DNA of 64,000 nucleotides from an uncultured Spirochaetota bacterium (GTDB taxonomy: Bacteria; Spirochaetota; Spirochaetia; SZUA-6; Fen-1364): the NCBI GenBank assembly GCA_963845325.1, contig CAWJRT010000013.1, positions 128,614-192,613 of the forward strand, read 5' to 3'. Below, one piece after another: positions 1 through 9,052 of the stretch. Below the pieces are notes generated by a model. That model did no database searches. It saw only the letters and a list, made by a program, of their open reading frames with translations, and was not told the origin of the DNA. The position numbers and the translations under genes are program-made. The first letter of the stretch is position 1, and each line of letters starts with the position of its first letter.

Positions 1-218
1 CAGGGAGTGAACAGGCAGAGGGCCACGGGAATGAGAAGAAAGCCGCACGCCAGCATCACCGTGCTGAGAACGAGCACGCAGAAGATCACTGTCACGCGGC
101 GTGCGCCCTTGAGGAGATACAGCGATACGATAGCCGCTTGAATCTTGGCCAGGGCAACGGAAGACTCGATCTCCGGGCCGATCAGCCTCCTGATTATCTC
201 ACCCAGGATACCTGTCAT
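1..218 (-). CDS. small membrane protein, YqjE/phage-holin-family-like (3' end cut by window edge)
   Basis: Reverse-strand ATG at 218 opens MTGILGEIIRRLIGPEIESSVALAKIQAAIVSLYLLKGARRVTVIFCVLVLSTVMLACGFLLIPVALCLF, which runs off the window. It has a hydrophobic TM segment and sits directly downstream of a DUF883/YqjD-like gene (yqjD-yqjE-type arrangement). Confidence 0.4.
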   Translation of the reverse strand, partial: MTGILGEIIRRLIGPEIESSVALAKIQAAIVSLYLLKGARRVTVIFCVLVLSTVMLACGFLLIPVALCLFTP

Positions 219-264
219 TTCGGATCACCCTTTCGGATCTGGTCGTGTCTCCTCGAATACACTT

Positions 265-576
265 CTATTTCTTCGGTCGTGCCAGAAACAGGCCCAGCAG
301 AAGGAATCCGAGCGCCGTCCCGCCGAGATACGGCCATGGATTCTGGCGGACGCGTTCCTCGACGCGTGATGCGAGCTCCTTCACTTCCTGCCTGCCCTGG
401 GCCAGGGTTTCGCGCGCTTCGTGTTCCAGTTTTTCCCCTGCGCCGCCAAGTGCCGCCTTCAAGCTGCCGTACTTCTCTGAAACCATGCCCTGCAGCTCAG
501 CCCTCTTTTCCTTTGCAACCTCGTTCAGAAGCTCCAGTGCTTCGTTGATCCTCTTGTCTTCGAGCTTTTCCGACAT
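265..576 (-). CDS. DUF883 family (ElaB/YqjD-like) membrane-anchored protein
   Basis: Internal ATG at 576 of ORF 265..693, preceded by GGAGG. Product MSEKLEDKRINEALELL...RQNPWPYLGGTALGFLLLGLFLARPKK has a charged helical body plus a C-terminal TM anchor, typical of ElaB/YqjD. Confidence 0.75.
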   Translation of the reverse strand: MSEKLEDKRINEALELLNEVAKEKRAELQGMVSEKYGSLKAALGGAGEKLEHEARETLAQGRQEVKELASRVEERVRQNPWPYLGGTALGFLLLGLFLARPKK

Positions 577-729
577 CTCACCCTCCGATAGAAGCGAACC
601 AGCAATTGGCCTTTTACTTTGCTCTGTGCGAAAGATACACTTATTGAAAGATGAAAGACAGAAAAATGGGCAGCAAGGAGCGCACAAGGCCATGGTACAG
701 GCGCGGGTGGTCTGTCGAAGGAGCTTCCA

Positions 730-1649
730 GTGATCGAGCTTCGTGATGTCAGGAAGACTTTTGGCAAGCTCACGGCAGTTGACGGGATATCCCTTTCGAC
801 GGACGCCGGTGAGGTCTTTGGCCTGCTGGGCCCCAATGGCGCGGGCAAATCAACGACGATCAGGATGATCATGCAGATCCTCGCCCCGGACTCCGGAATC
901 ATCCTGTTCAACGACCGGCCGATCTCTGAGGCGGACAAGCCGCGGATCGGGTACATGCCGGAAGAGCGGGGACTGTACCGCAAGGTGAAGATCGGCGAGA
1001 TGCTCCTCTACCTGGCCAGCCTGAAAGACGCGGACCCCGCCGTCTCGGCGCGCCGGCTGGACGAGTGGCTGGAGCGCTTTGGGCTTTCGCAATGGAAACG
1101 GCGAACCCCCGGAAGAGCTCTCCAAGGGGATGGCGCAGAAAGCACAGTTCATCGCGGCCGTGCTGCACGATCCCGAGTTCGTATTCCTGGACGAGCCGTT
1201 CAGCGGGCTTGATCCGGTCAGCACCGATATGCTCCGCGATGCCGTGCTTGAGCTGGCGCACACGGGAAAGACCGTCCTTTTTTCCACCCACAACATGGAA
1301 GTGGCGGAAAAGATCTGCTCGAGAAATTCTCATCGTCGACCGCGGACAAGCCGTTGTTTCCGGACCGCTTGCGGAAATCAAGGGCCGGTACGGGAAGAAC
1401 TCCGTGACAGTCGAGTTCGACGGTGAGCTGGACGCCGCTCGCCTCTCGACCCTTGGTTCCATCACCAGCAGATTTCCACGCTTTATCGAAATGGAGCTCG
1501 CCGGGGGGACAAGCGCCCAGGCGGTGCTGGCGGCCCTGGTCGGCACGGTTTCAATCCGAAGGTTCGAGGTTGTCGTCCCATCGCTGCACAGCATCTTTGT
1601 CCAGATGGTCGGCACGAGGGAGCAGGGCCGGCTGGAGGCCGGGGCATGA
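730..1649 (+). CDS. ABC transporter ATP-binding protein (ABC-2/NatA-like), interrupted by 2 apparent frameshifts
   Basis: Walker A GPNGAGKST is in ORF 730..1212. Signature LSKGMAQK and Walker B FVFLDEPFSGLD are in ORF 1079..1426. The C-terminal domain is in the frame of ORF 1065..1649. Frame changes are near 1090 and 1325. Confidence 0.85.
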
Positions 1650-2878
1650 GGGGAACGCGGCTTTGGAAGATCATCCGCATGGAGTTCCGGCTGACCGCGG
1701 CCAACAGGGCCTTTCTCATCCTTACGATCCTCGGGCCTTTTCTCATCTCCGCTGTCACGGTGCTCCCCAGCCTCATGTCGCGGCGCGGGGGTCTCGGGGG
1801 AAACGCTGAGCTGAATATCGCAATTGCGAATGCCGATCCTCATTTTCTCGGGGAGCTGCGACCACCCTTCGCTCAGAATCACCTTCGGCTGTTTGAAGTT
1901 CAGGAGGATGCGCCGTCACTTGATGCGCAGGTCCTTGCAGGCAGGTTTGACGGGTACTTCATCCTGCCCCGGGACCTCGGCACGGCCACCCGGCTCGTTT
2001 TCGTGTCGCGCAACGTGAGCGATATTCGGCTCATTGGTGTCTTGCAGGGCGTGATGGGGCAGGCTGTCGTGGCCCTGCGGCTCGTCGAAGCCGGGGTGCT
2101 CCCTGAGCGAATTGCGTCGCTGACCCGGCCTCCCGTCATTGAAACACGGCAGGTTGCCGCCTCCGGTGAAAAACAGGACCGGGACTTTCTGAAGCTCCTG
2201 ACGACCGGTCTCACCCTCGGGATGCTTCTGTATATGACTGTCCTTCTGTACGGGCAGACAATCGGGCGGTCAGTTCTGAATGAGAAAATATCAAAGACCG
2301 TGGAAATCTTGCTGTCCTCCGTGAGCTCCGCGGAGCTGATGTTCGGCAAGATCCTGGGCAAGGCCGCCGCGAGCATCCTCCAGTACGGCGTGTGGGTTTC
2401 GGTGACGACCCTTTTCATCACTGTGCTGGGGCCGCGGTTCGACGTGAGCTTCACCATCGGCGGCGGCCCAGGGACTCTTGCGTTCCTCGTGCTGTTCTTC
2501 CTGCTTGCGTTTTTCCTCTACTGTTCGCTTTTCGCGGCACTCGGGGCAGCCTCCCAGGATGAGCAAAACCTCAGCCAGCTGGCCTGGCCGCTCATCCTTT
2601 TTCTCGTTGTGCCAATCGTGATGATCTCCACCATCATCATGAGCCCGAACGTGCCCGTGATCGTGGCCATGTCCCTGTTCCCGCTTACCGCCCCCCTGGT
2701 CATGTTCATCCGTATCCTGGTGGGCGCTGCCGCTCCCTGGGAAATCCTTACGTCCATCGGAATACTCCTGGCAACGATTGCCGCCGTTATCGTCCTTTCG
2801 GCGAGAATATTCCGCGTCGGGCTGCTCATGGGCGGGAGACGATTCAGGCTGGGAGAAGTCATTCGGTGGGTCCGGTAA
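1646..2878 (+). CDS. ABC-2 type transporter permease (NatB/YhaP-like)
   Basis: Intact 410-aa ORF. Its ATGA start overlaps the stop of the upstream ATPase. It has one N-terminal TM, a large loop and a C-terminal cluster of TM helices. Confidence 0.8.
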   Translation: MRGTRLWKIIRMEFRLTAANRAFLILTILGPFLISAVTVLPSLMSRRGGLGGNAELNIAIANADPHFLGELRPPFAQNHLRLFEVQEDAPSLDAQVLAGRFDGYFILPRDLGTATRLVFVSRNVSDIRLIGVLQGVMGQAVVALRLVEAGVLPERIASLTRPPVIETRQVAASGEKQDRDFLKLLTTGLTLGMLLYMTVLLYGQTIGRSVLNEKISKTVEILLSSVSSAELMFGKILGKAAASILQYGVWVSVTTLFITVLGPRFDVSFTIGGGPGTLAFLVLFFLLAFFLYCSLFAALGAASQDEQNLSQLAWPLILFLVVPIVMISTIIMSPNVPVIVAMSLFPLTAPLVMFIRILVGAAAPWEILTSIGILLATIAAVIVLSARIFRVGLLMGGRRFRLGEVIRWVR

Positions 2879-2955
2879 TGCCGCGGAGATAAATGTCTTG
2901 TCTCTGCGGACCATCCTAGAGATACTTGAAGATGAAAGTTACAGGAGGACGAATC

Positions 2956-3024
2956 ATGGTCGCAGGCGCAATCGGAGTTGTTCTTCTCATCATCCTGGTT
3001 GTTGTGCTGCTCCGCATAATCTGA
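2956..3024 (+). CDS. 22-aa hydrophobic peptide (hypothetical small membrane protein)
   Basis: AGGAGG at 2943-2948 is followed 7 nt later by an ATG. Product is MVAGAIGVVLLIILVVVLLRII, then a stop. It is below the ORF-track size cutoff. Confidence 0.3.
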   Translation: MVAGAIGVVLLIILVVVLLRII

Positions 3025-3117
3025 CCCACAGCCTCAGCAAGTCTCTGATCGATTTTTCGGCCCGGCTGCCGGGGACTGCCCCTTGGGCGGAGTCCTGCGC
3101 TGAAAGGACAGGAAAAA

Positions 3118-3618
3118 GTGAAAGAAACTGACCAGGTTCGCCAGGAACCCGGAAGACGGGTTTCGCGGCTCGCCCTTTTCATCATCGTCCTCATCCTGAT
3201 CGGCGCGGCATTTGGCGCGGGGGCGCTCCTTGTGGACATGCAGTTCCGCGCGGCGCAGGAAGCGTGGAAGCAGGAGAAGGCCGGCCTCGATTCGAAGCTT
3301 GCCGCCCAGGTCGTGGAGTTGTCGGCGGTGAAGTCCCACGAGCTTCTCTGGAAACTGAACGAAGGAATGTCAACCGTGTACATCGATGTTTTGGAGAAGA
3401 ACTTCGGTCTTGCGCGGGACGAGATGGAAGCAGTGGGTGGGATCTTCGCAAAAGCCGGCGCGGATATCGATTCTGCGACGAAATCACAGCTGGCCCCGCT
3501 TCCGCCGCTCATGGAAGAGATCGCGCGAAATATCGCAGCCCTGAGCCCTGATGCAAAGAGCAAAGCCCGGGAGGCAATGGAGCTGCTGCGCAAAGTGATC
3601 GGGGCCAGCGGCACGTGA
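3118..3618 (+). CDS. hypothetical membrane-anchored protein
   Basis: 166-aa ORF with a GTG start. It has one N-terminal TM (LALFIIVLILIGAAFGAGALLV) followed by a helical soluble part. I recognise no family. Confidence 0.45.
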   Translation: MKETDQVRQEPGRRVSRLALFIIVLILIGAAFGAGALLVDMQFRAAQEAWKQEKAGLDSKLAAQVVELSAVKSHELLWKLNEGMSTVYIDVLEKNFGLARDEMEAVGGIFAKAGADIDSATKSQLAPLPPLMEEIARNIAALSPDAKSKAREAMELLRKVIGASGT

Positions 3619-3640
3619 ACATCTGACAGTCTGCCGTCTC

Positions 3641-4831
3641 TCAGGCGGAGAGCATGCCGTGCGGATCCAGGATGAACTTCGCCGCGGCGCCCTTGTCGAA
3701 ATCCTTGTAGCCGCGCGGAGCATCCTTCAGCGAAATCACCGTCGCGTTGACCGCCTTGGCGATCTTCACCTTGTCGTGGAGGATGGCCTCCATGAGCTGG
3801 CGGTTGTACTTCATGACCGGGCACTGGCCCGTGGCAAGGGTATGAGACTTGGCCCAGCCCAGCCCGATGCGGATGCCCAGGTTCCCGACCTTTGCGTTCT
3901 CGTCCACCCCGCCCGGGTCTCCCGTCACGTAGAGGCCGGGGATCCCCAGCGCACCGCCCGCGCGCGTGACTTCCATCAGCGAGTTGAGCACGGTGGCGGG
4001 CCGCTCGACGGCCGCGTCCTTTCCGTGACCGCGTGCCTCGAAGCCGACGCAGTCCACCGCGCAGTCCACCTCCGGGACGCCCACGATCTTGTCTATCTGC
4101 TCGGCCAGCGTGCCCGAGGCCCGAAGGTCAATTGTCTCACACCCGAAGCTCTTTGCCTGGGCGAGCCGCTCGGGGATCATGTCTCCGACGATGACGACAG
4201 CGGCACCCAGCAAGTGGCAGGCGGCAGCGCACGCCAGGCCCACGGGGCCTGCACCGGCGACGTACACGATGATGCCCGGTCCCACCCCTGCGCTGACCGC
4301 GCCGTGGTAGCCGGTGGGGAAGATGTCGGAGAGGAGCGTCAGGTCCCTGATCTTGGCCATTGCCTGCGCCTTGTCCCGGAACCTCAGCAGGTTGAAGTCA
4401 GCGTACGGCACCATCACGTATTCGGCCTGCCCGCCGACCCAGCCGCCCATGTCCACATAACCATATGCGGCCCCCGGCCGGGAGGGGTTCACATTGAGGC
4501 AGATGCCCGTCCGGCCCTCCTTGCAGTTGCGGCAGCGTCCGCATGCAATATTGAAGGGAACCGAGACGAGATCCCCGACCTTGATGAACTCTACATCGCG
4601 GCCCGCCTCCAGAACTTCGCCGGTGATTTCGTGTCCGAGCACGAGCCCGGGCTGTGCCGTGGTGCGCCCCCGCACCATGTGCTGGTCGCTTCCGCAGATA
4701 TTGGTGCTCACGATCTTGAGAATGACACCATGCTCGCACTTGCGCGGGCCGAGGGCGAGCTTGGGAAAATCGATCGACTGTACTTCGACCTTTCCGGGAC
4801 CCTGGTAGATGACCCCATGATTCGTTGCCAT
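3641..4831 (-). CDS. fdhA: glutathione-independent formaldehyde dehydrogenase (Zn-dependent MDR family)
   Basis: Intact 396 aa, near-colinear with the Pseudomonas putida FDH pattern: STNICGSDQHMVRGRTTAQ, GHEITGEV, CGRCRNCKE, GAGPVGL, GIPGLYVT, VMKYNR. AGGAGG lies upstream of the ATG. Confidence 0.9.
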   Translation of the reverse strand: MATNHGVIYQGPGKVEVQSIDFPKLALGPRKCEHGVILKIVSTNICGSDQHMVRGRTTAQPGLVLGHEITGEVLEAGRDVEFIKVGDLVSVPFNIACGRCRNCKEGRTGICLNVNPSRPGAAYGYVDMGGWVGGQAEYVMVPYADFNLLRFRDKAQAMAKIRDLTLLSDIFPTGYHGAVSAGVGPGIIVYVAGAGPVGLACAAACHLLGAAVVIVGDMIPERLAQAKSFGCETIDLRASGTLAEQIDKIVGVPEVDCAVDCVGFEARGHGKDAAVERPATVLNSLMEVTRAGGALGIPGLYVTGDPGGVDENAKVGNLGIRIGLGWAKSHTLATGQCPVMKYNRQLMEAILHDKVKIAKAVNATVISLKDAPRGYKDFDKGAAAKFILDPHGMLSA

Positions 4832-5218
4832 GTTCTGCCTGCCTCCTGGACGACCGTTTGCGGTCGAGCGGGTAGAAGTTAGTCATGGCGGATGGCATCG
4901 TCCAACGAAATGTCGACGATGCCCCGGCCGCTCCCGAATGCATCCTGTCCTCGAGCTTGCGCGGTACGGCTTTTATTGCCGGAATCGCCTTATGCCATGG
5001 GAGTCTCCCCTGCCCGTCCTTGTCCGCATGATCCTGAACGGCGGGGACACCGGTGTCATTGAACCGCCCGCCTGCGCGCCGATGGCAGGTTTCCTGGCCC
5101 TGAGCATCGTGCAGCCCCCGCTTGGCCGCCGCTGGCCGCCGGCCCGGCATATCACGCTCGCCACTCAGACGCTCATTGCCATTGCTCTCCTCCTGACCAG
5201 GCCACGCGATGCTCTTCG

Positions 5219-5736
5219 TTGCCGAGCGACGAGCTGCGGGCCGAGTTGAAGGCCGCCAACAAGGGCCTCATTGCCTACGCCGAGTGGGCCGAGGAGGCTG
5301 CCGCCGAGAGGGAGAGGGCTAACCTCGCGCGGGGCCCCCATGACGCAGCCACCCAAACCGTCTTCAGCTTGAACCTCACGGCGGGCGCTGCGCGCATCGC
5401 TGTCCGCAACGATCCCGAAAAAGTGCCCGCCCTCATGGACCGGATCCAGGAGTTGGCCCGGGATGCACTTGGTGAGATGCGGACACGGTGCGCGAGCTGC
5501 GGCCCCGCTCGGTAGTGGACGAGGGCCTCGTGCCGTCCCTTGAGCAGCTTGCCGCGCTGCGCAAGCAGCGCGACGGGGAGATCCGCCTGCACCCGGAGGT
5601 GACGCGGCGCCCCCTCGCCGGAATGGCGGATGGGGCAGAAGAGAGGCCCGAGGACCTGCTGAGCATCCTGGACAAGATCGGCCTCGCCGACCGCGCGCAA
5701 ACCGCGATCCATGCCGTGAAGCGCGGCGTGAGCTGA
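5219..5736 (+). pseudogene. remnant of a NarL/LuxR-type two-component system (HisKA_3 kinase fragment joined to a LuxR HTH tail)
   Basis: ORF 5219..5515 contains a HisKA_3-like H-box (ERERANLARGPHDAATQTVFSL...ELARDALGEMR). After a frame change near 5490, ORF 5488..5736 continues LVRELRP...GLVPSLEQL and ends in a LuxR-type HTH tail (ILDKIGLADRAQTAIHAVKRGVS). There is no ATPase domain and no receiver domain. Confidence 0.5.
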
Positions 5737-5782
5737 GCTTTGAAGTTGACAAAATGTGACTTTTAAAATATACATTTGGTAT

Positions 5783-6007
5783 ATGAAAACGATCACGGTC
5801 AAGGATCTGAAGGCACATTGGGCCCAGATAGAAGCACAGGTGAAAGCCGGGGAAACTTTCGAGGTGCTGAACAGGGGGAAAGTCGCGGCTCATGTCGTAC
5901 CGGCTACACCTCGGCAGGTGTTGCAGTGGCCGGACCACCTCGCCACTGCCAGCAAGACTTCCGGAAGAAAAGGCTCTGACATTATTCTTGATCACCGGGA
6001 CCGATGA
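5783..6007 (+). CDS. type II antitoxin, Phd/YefM family
   Basis: MKTITVKDLKAHWAQIEAQVKAGETFEVLNRGKVAAHVVP is typical of Phd/YefM antitoxins. The stop overlaps the start of the PIN gene (ATGA at 6004). Confidence 0.8.
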   Translation: MKTITVKDLKAHWAQIEAQVKAGETFEVLNRGKVAAHVVPATPRQVLQWPDHLATASKTSGRKGSDIILDHRDR

Positions 6008-6441
6008 TCTACCTCGACACCAGCGCTTTCATCAAGCTTTACCTTCAGGAAGAAGGATCCTCAGCGGTGCACGGCCTCGTCGTCGCCCAGAAGCACCCAC
6101 TCCCCGTCTGGCAGTTGGTGGAGCTTGAGTTCCTCAACGCTCTCAAGTTCAAAGTGTTTCTCTCGGAGATGAGCCGTGACGAGGTGGATCGTGTCACCTC
6201 GCTGTATCGCGACCGCAAAAGAAGTGGCCAGTACTTCGTCCCGCATCTTGATCCTGTCGTCATGCACGAGCTGTGCATCCATATGACGGAAAAAACTCCG
6301 GCCATCGGCTGTCGGGCCCTTGATATTCTGCACGTCGCTGCTGCCCGCCTTTGCGAGGCGTCCGTTTTCATTACGGCGGACAAGCGCCAGGCAGCCTTGG
6401 CCGAAGCCGAGCAGTGGGACGTGAGACTGATCGCGTCCTGA
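6004..6441 (+). CDS. vapC: type II toxin, PIN-domain VapC ribonuclease
   Basis: 145 aa. MIYLDTSAFIKLY carries the first acidic PIN residue, and later there are ALDILHVAAA and FITADKRQ motifs. It is translationally coupled to the antitoxin. Confidence 0.85.
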   Translation: MIYLDTSAFIKLYLQEEGSSAVHGLVVAQKHPLPVWQLVELEFLNALKFKVFLSEMSRDEVDRVTSLYRDRKRSGQYFVPHLDPVVMHELCIHMTEKTPAIGCRALDILHVAAARLCEASVFITADKRQAALAEAEQWDVRLIAS

Positions 6442-6631
6442 ACCGGAATGGGCGGAGGGTCTTGGCTCTTGTTTGTTGACAGCCACAGAACCGCAGCATG
6501 GGGTACCAGATCCTTGCCCCTTATGTTTATCCGAAAACTGCCCGGCGCGTTGCGCTGACCCGGACTCATCCTTAAGTCCTGGACCGGCCCGGGACCTTTG
6601 ACGGGCTCTAAAACCACTCCTCAGGCGGCGG

Positions 6632-7597
6632 CTACCGCGGCATCCACGGGAGTGCGTCCAGGTCGACGTTCCCTCCCGAGAGGATGACAGCGACCCGCTT
6701 TCCCTTGATGTCGAGCTTTCCCTCCAGGATTGCCGCCAGCGGAACCGCTGCGGAAGGTTCGATCACCATCTTCATCCTCTCCCAGATCAGCCGCATGGCG
6801 CGCACGATCGCATCCTCGCTCGTGGTGACGATGTCCGCCACGTGAGCGCGGACCAGCAAAAAAGTGTTGGGGCCCAGCGACGTGCGCAGTCCGTCGGCGA
6901 TCGTTTTCGGATTGCCCGAGGGAAAGAGCGTCCCGGACGAAAATGATCGGTATGCATCGTCCGCCGCGGCGGGCTCCGCACCGATCGCGCCCGTTTTGGG
7001 AGACACCCAATGCACCGCGAGCGCGGTCCCGCTGAGGAGTCCTCCTCCGCCCACCGGGGTGATCACCAGGTCAAGGTCTGGTACGTCCTCGATGATCTCC
7101 AGGGCGCAGGTGCCCTGGCCCGCGATCACGCGCAGGTCATCGGAGGGGTGAATGAACTCCGCGCCGGTCTCGTCCACCACTCCCTTGAGTGTGCGCTCCC
7201 TGTCCTCAGGGGCATTCCCTGAGAACACAATGCGTGCGCCGTATCCGCGCACCGCCTCCACCTTCACCTTCGGCGCATCCCGTGGCATCACGATTGTCGC
7301 ATCGATTCCGCGCAGACGCGCAGCCAGCGCCAGCGCCTGTGCGTGGTTTCCGGACGAGTGCGTGGCCACACCGCGCTGCGCGGCCGCGTCATCCAGGGAG
7401 AAGACCGCGTTCGCCGCGCCACGGAACTTGAATGCTCCCACCTTCTGCAGATTCTCGCACTTGAAGAAGAGCAAGGCGCCGGTCATCGAGTCCAGCGTCG
7501 CGCTCGTGATGACCGGGGTTCGATGGGCATGGGGCCTGATCCGCACGGCCGCGCGGCGGACGTCATCAAGGGTGATCGATGGAAGGGTTGCGCTCAT
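6632..7597 (-). CDS. PLP-dependent threonine/serine dehydratase family enzyme (serine racemase / threo-3-hydroxyaspartate ammonia-lyase-like)
   Basis: Only the last 321 aa of ORF 6632..8629 are gene-like, from MSATLPSITL (ATG at 7597). Motifs: KCENLQKVGAFKFRGA (PLP lysine), HSSGNHAQA and a GGGGL loop. Confidence 0.85.
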   Translation of the reverse strand: MSATLPSITLDDVRRAAVRIRPHAHRTPVITSATLDSMTGALLFFKCENLQKVGAFKFRGAANAVFSLDDAAAQRGVATHSSGNHAQALALAARLRGIDATIVMPRDAPKVKVEAVRGYGARIVFSGNAPEDRERTLKGVVDETGAEFIHPSDDLRVIAGQGTCALEIIEDVPDLDLVITPVGGGGLLSGTALAVHWVSPKTGAIGAEPAAADDAYRSFSSGTLFPSGNPKTIADGLRTSLGPNTFLLVRAHVADIVTTSEDAIVRAMRLIWERMKMVIEPSAAVPLAAILEGKLDIKGKRVAVILSGGNVDLDALPWMPR

Positions 7598-7640
7598 GTC
7601 CGAATATTGACAGATTGGGCCGCCATGGGAAATCCGAGTA

Positions 7641-7669
7641 CGGAGAACTGACGGAGACCTGACGGAGAC
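7641..7669. repeat. three direct copies of ACGGAGA spaced 11 bp apart, upstream of the dehydratase gene
   Basis: ACGGAGA occurs at 7641-7647, 7652-7658 and 7663-7669. The last two units form an exact 11-nt tandem, CTGACGGAGAC x2 (7649-7670). The repeats lie 44-72 nt upstream of the reverse-strand ATG at 7597. Confidence 0.6.
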
Positions 7670-7716
7670 CTTTGCGCCGGAAGCCCTTGCGGCGGGACGC
7701 GGGATCAGGCACGGGG

Positions 7717-9024
7717 TCAGCTCTCCCGGCGCGCACTCTCCAGATGTGCTGCTGCTGCCTTGCCGCGAGGCTCGGGCAGTGTGTGAAGCAGCACGAGCCC
7801 CCCCACCGGCCCGGCCGCGGCTGCGGCGAAGAGCAGGGCGTATGAGCCGCTGGCTGCAAGAATCCAGCCTCCGACCAGCGGCATGACAAGCGTAATCCCG
7901 GTCAGCGTATTGGCAAACCCGATGTAGAGGGGACGGTCCGAGGCCGGGGCGTACTCCAGCACCCAGTTGAGGAACCCCGCCATGTTTGCAACACCCTGCA
8001 TGCCCACGATCACGAATACCAGCGCGTAGACATACAGGACCGCCCACGGCAGCGCCTTCATGAGTGCCGGAGCGGCGAGGGCGATGGCGGGGGTGGCCAG
8101 GGCGGCCCAGCCCCAGAAGCGCATGACGGACCGGGTCCCCCGCCTTTCGCCGAGCACTCCCATGATCAGTGCTGCAAACACGCTCCCGACGAGCTGGACG
8201 GAAGTAAAGAAACCAACACTCGCCGGCGGGAAACCCAGGGACTCCAGGCCGTGCACAATATAGAAGGGAGCCGCAATGCCGATCCCACCCAGTGCCAGGG
8301 CCGCAAGGACCGCTTTCCGGAAGGCGGGGTCGCCCCTGACGACGGTCATCATTCTCCCGAAGTAAGCGGGCCAGGGCATCTTTGGCTGGACCGATGCCGC
8401 AGGTGAGTCCTTCACGCAGAAGAACGAGGCGAGTGAAAAGGTGTACAGCACTCCGGTGCACATGAACAGCAGGGCATAGTTCAATGGCCAACGGATGCCG
8501 GGGGAAGAGAGGATCAGCCCGACAACCGCCCCACCCCCTATTCCGGCGATACCGGGGGCAATCGTTCCGAGTGAGATGAGCCTCGCTCGGGAGGCCGGGC
8601 TGAGGCATCGTCCCATGTAGTCCAGCCACGCAATGCTGGCAATCCCGTCCACCAGCCAGAAGGCAAGGTACAGGACGAAGAACGCGGCAAGCGCCGCTGC
8701 TGGAAAGCGGGGCGCAAGGAGCAGGATCGCGGGGCCAATCAGCAGCGAGACCGCCCGGTTGACCGTTGCCGGGACGGTGACCGAGGCCTTCCGCCGGGTC
8801 AGGCCGGCGAGCCGGTTTGCGGCGAACAGCTGCGGCAGGAGCCAGCCCCCGGTAGCCAGCGTGGAGGCCAGGCCGATGAGGGGGGCGGAGCTCGTGAGGG
8901 TGGCGAGGAAGGAGGGGATGACGGTGGTCTGACTGGTGAAGCTGGCGCCGATTCCGAAAAAGAACATGTCTCCCGCAATGCCCCAGAATGTGCGGCCTTC
9001 TTCGGGCTGCAGCGTCCGCCTCAT
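7717..9024 (-). CDS. MFS transporter
   Basis: The gene-like part of ORF 7717..9513 starts at MRRTLQPEEGRTFWGIAGDMFFFGIG (ATG at 9024). It is 435 aa with about 12 hydrophobic helices. Confidence 0.8.
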   Translation of the reverse strand: MRRTLQPEEGRTFWGIAGDMFFFGIGASFTSQTTVIPSFLATLTSSAPLIGLASTLATGGWLLPQLFAANRLAGLTRRKASVTVPATVNRAVSLLIGPAILLLAPRFPAAALAAFFVLYLAFWLVDGIASIAWLDYMGRCLSPASRARLISLGTIAPGIAGIGGGAVVGLILSSPGIRWPLNYALLFMCTGVLYTFSLASFFCVKDSPAASVQPKMPWPAYFGRMMTVVRGDPAFRKAVLAALALGGIGIAAPFYIVHGLESLGFPPASVGFFTSVQLVGSVFAALIMGVLGERRGTRSVMRFWGWAALATPAIALAAPALMKALPWAVLYVYALVFVIVGMQGVANMAGFLNWVLEYAPASDRPLYIGFANTLTGITLVMPLVGGWILAASGSYALLFAAAAAGPVGGLVLLHTLPEPRGKAAAAHLESARRES

Positions 9025-9052
9025 CGCGCCAATCTCTGAATTCGCCGCCTCG

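Noticed and set aside
607-623. A sigma-54-like box TGGCCT-N-TTTGCT upstream of the ABC exporter
   Set aside because: The GG-to-GC spacing is one nt too long and the -24 element is imperfect. This is not enough to support a call.
5746-5774. TTGACA-N17-TATACA as the vapBC promoter
   Set aside because: The hexamers are plausible, but the -10 element is only 8 nt from the ATG and there is no SD sequence. I cannot separate this from chance in an AT-rich patch, so it is mentioned only in a finding.
6632-8629. A 665-aa ORF extending the dehydratase gene far upstream
   Set aside because: Only the last 321 aa (from ATG 7597) look like protein. The upstream part is low-complexity Arg/Pro/Gly sequence that overlaps the well-supported MFS gene in another frame.
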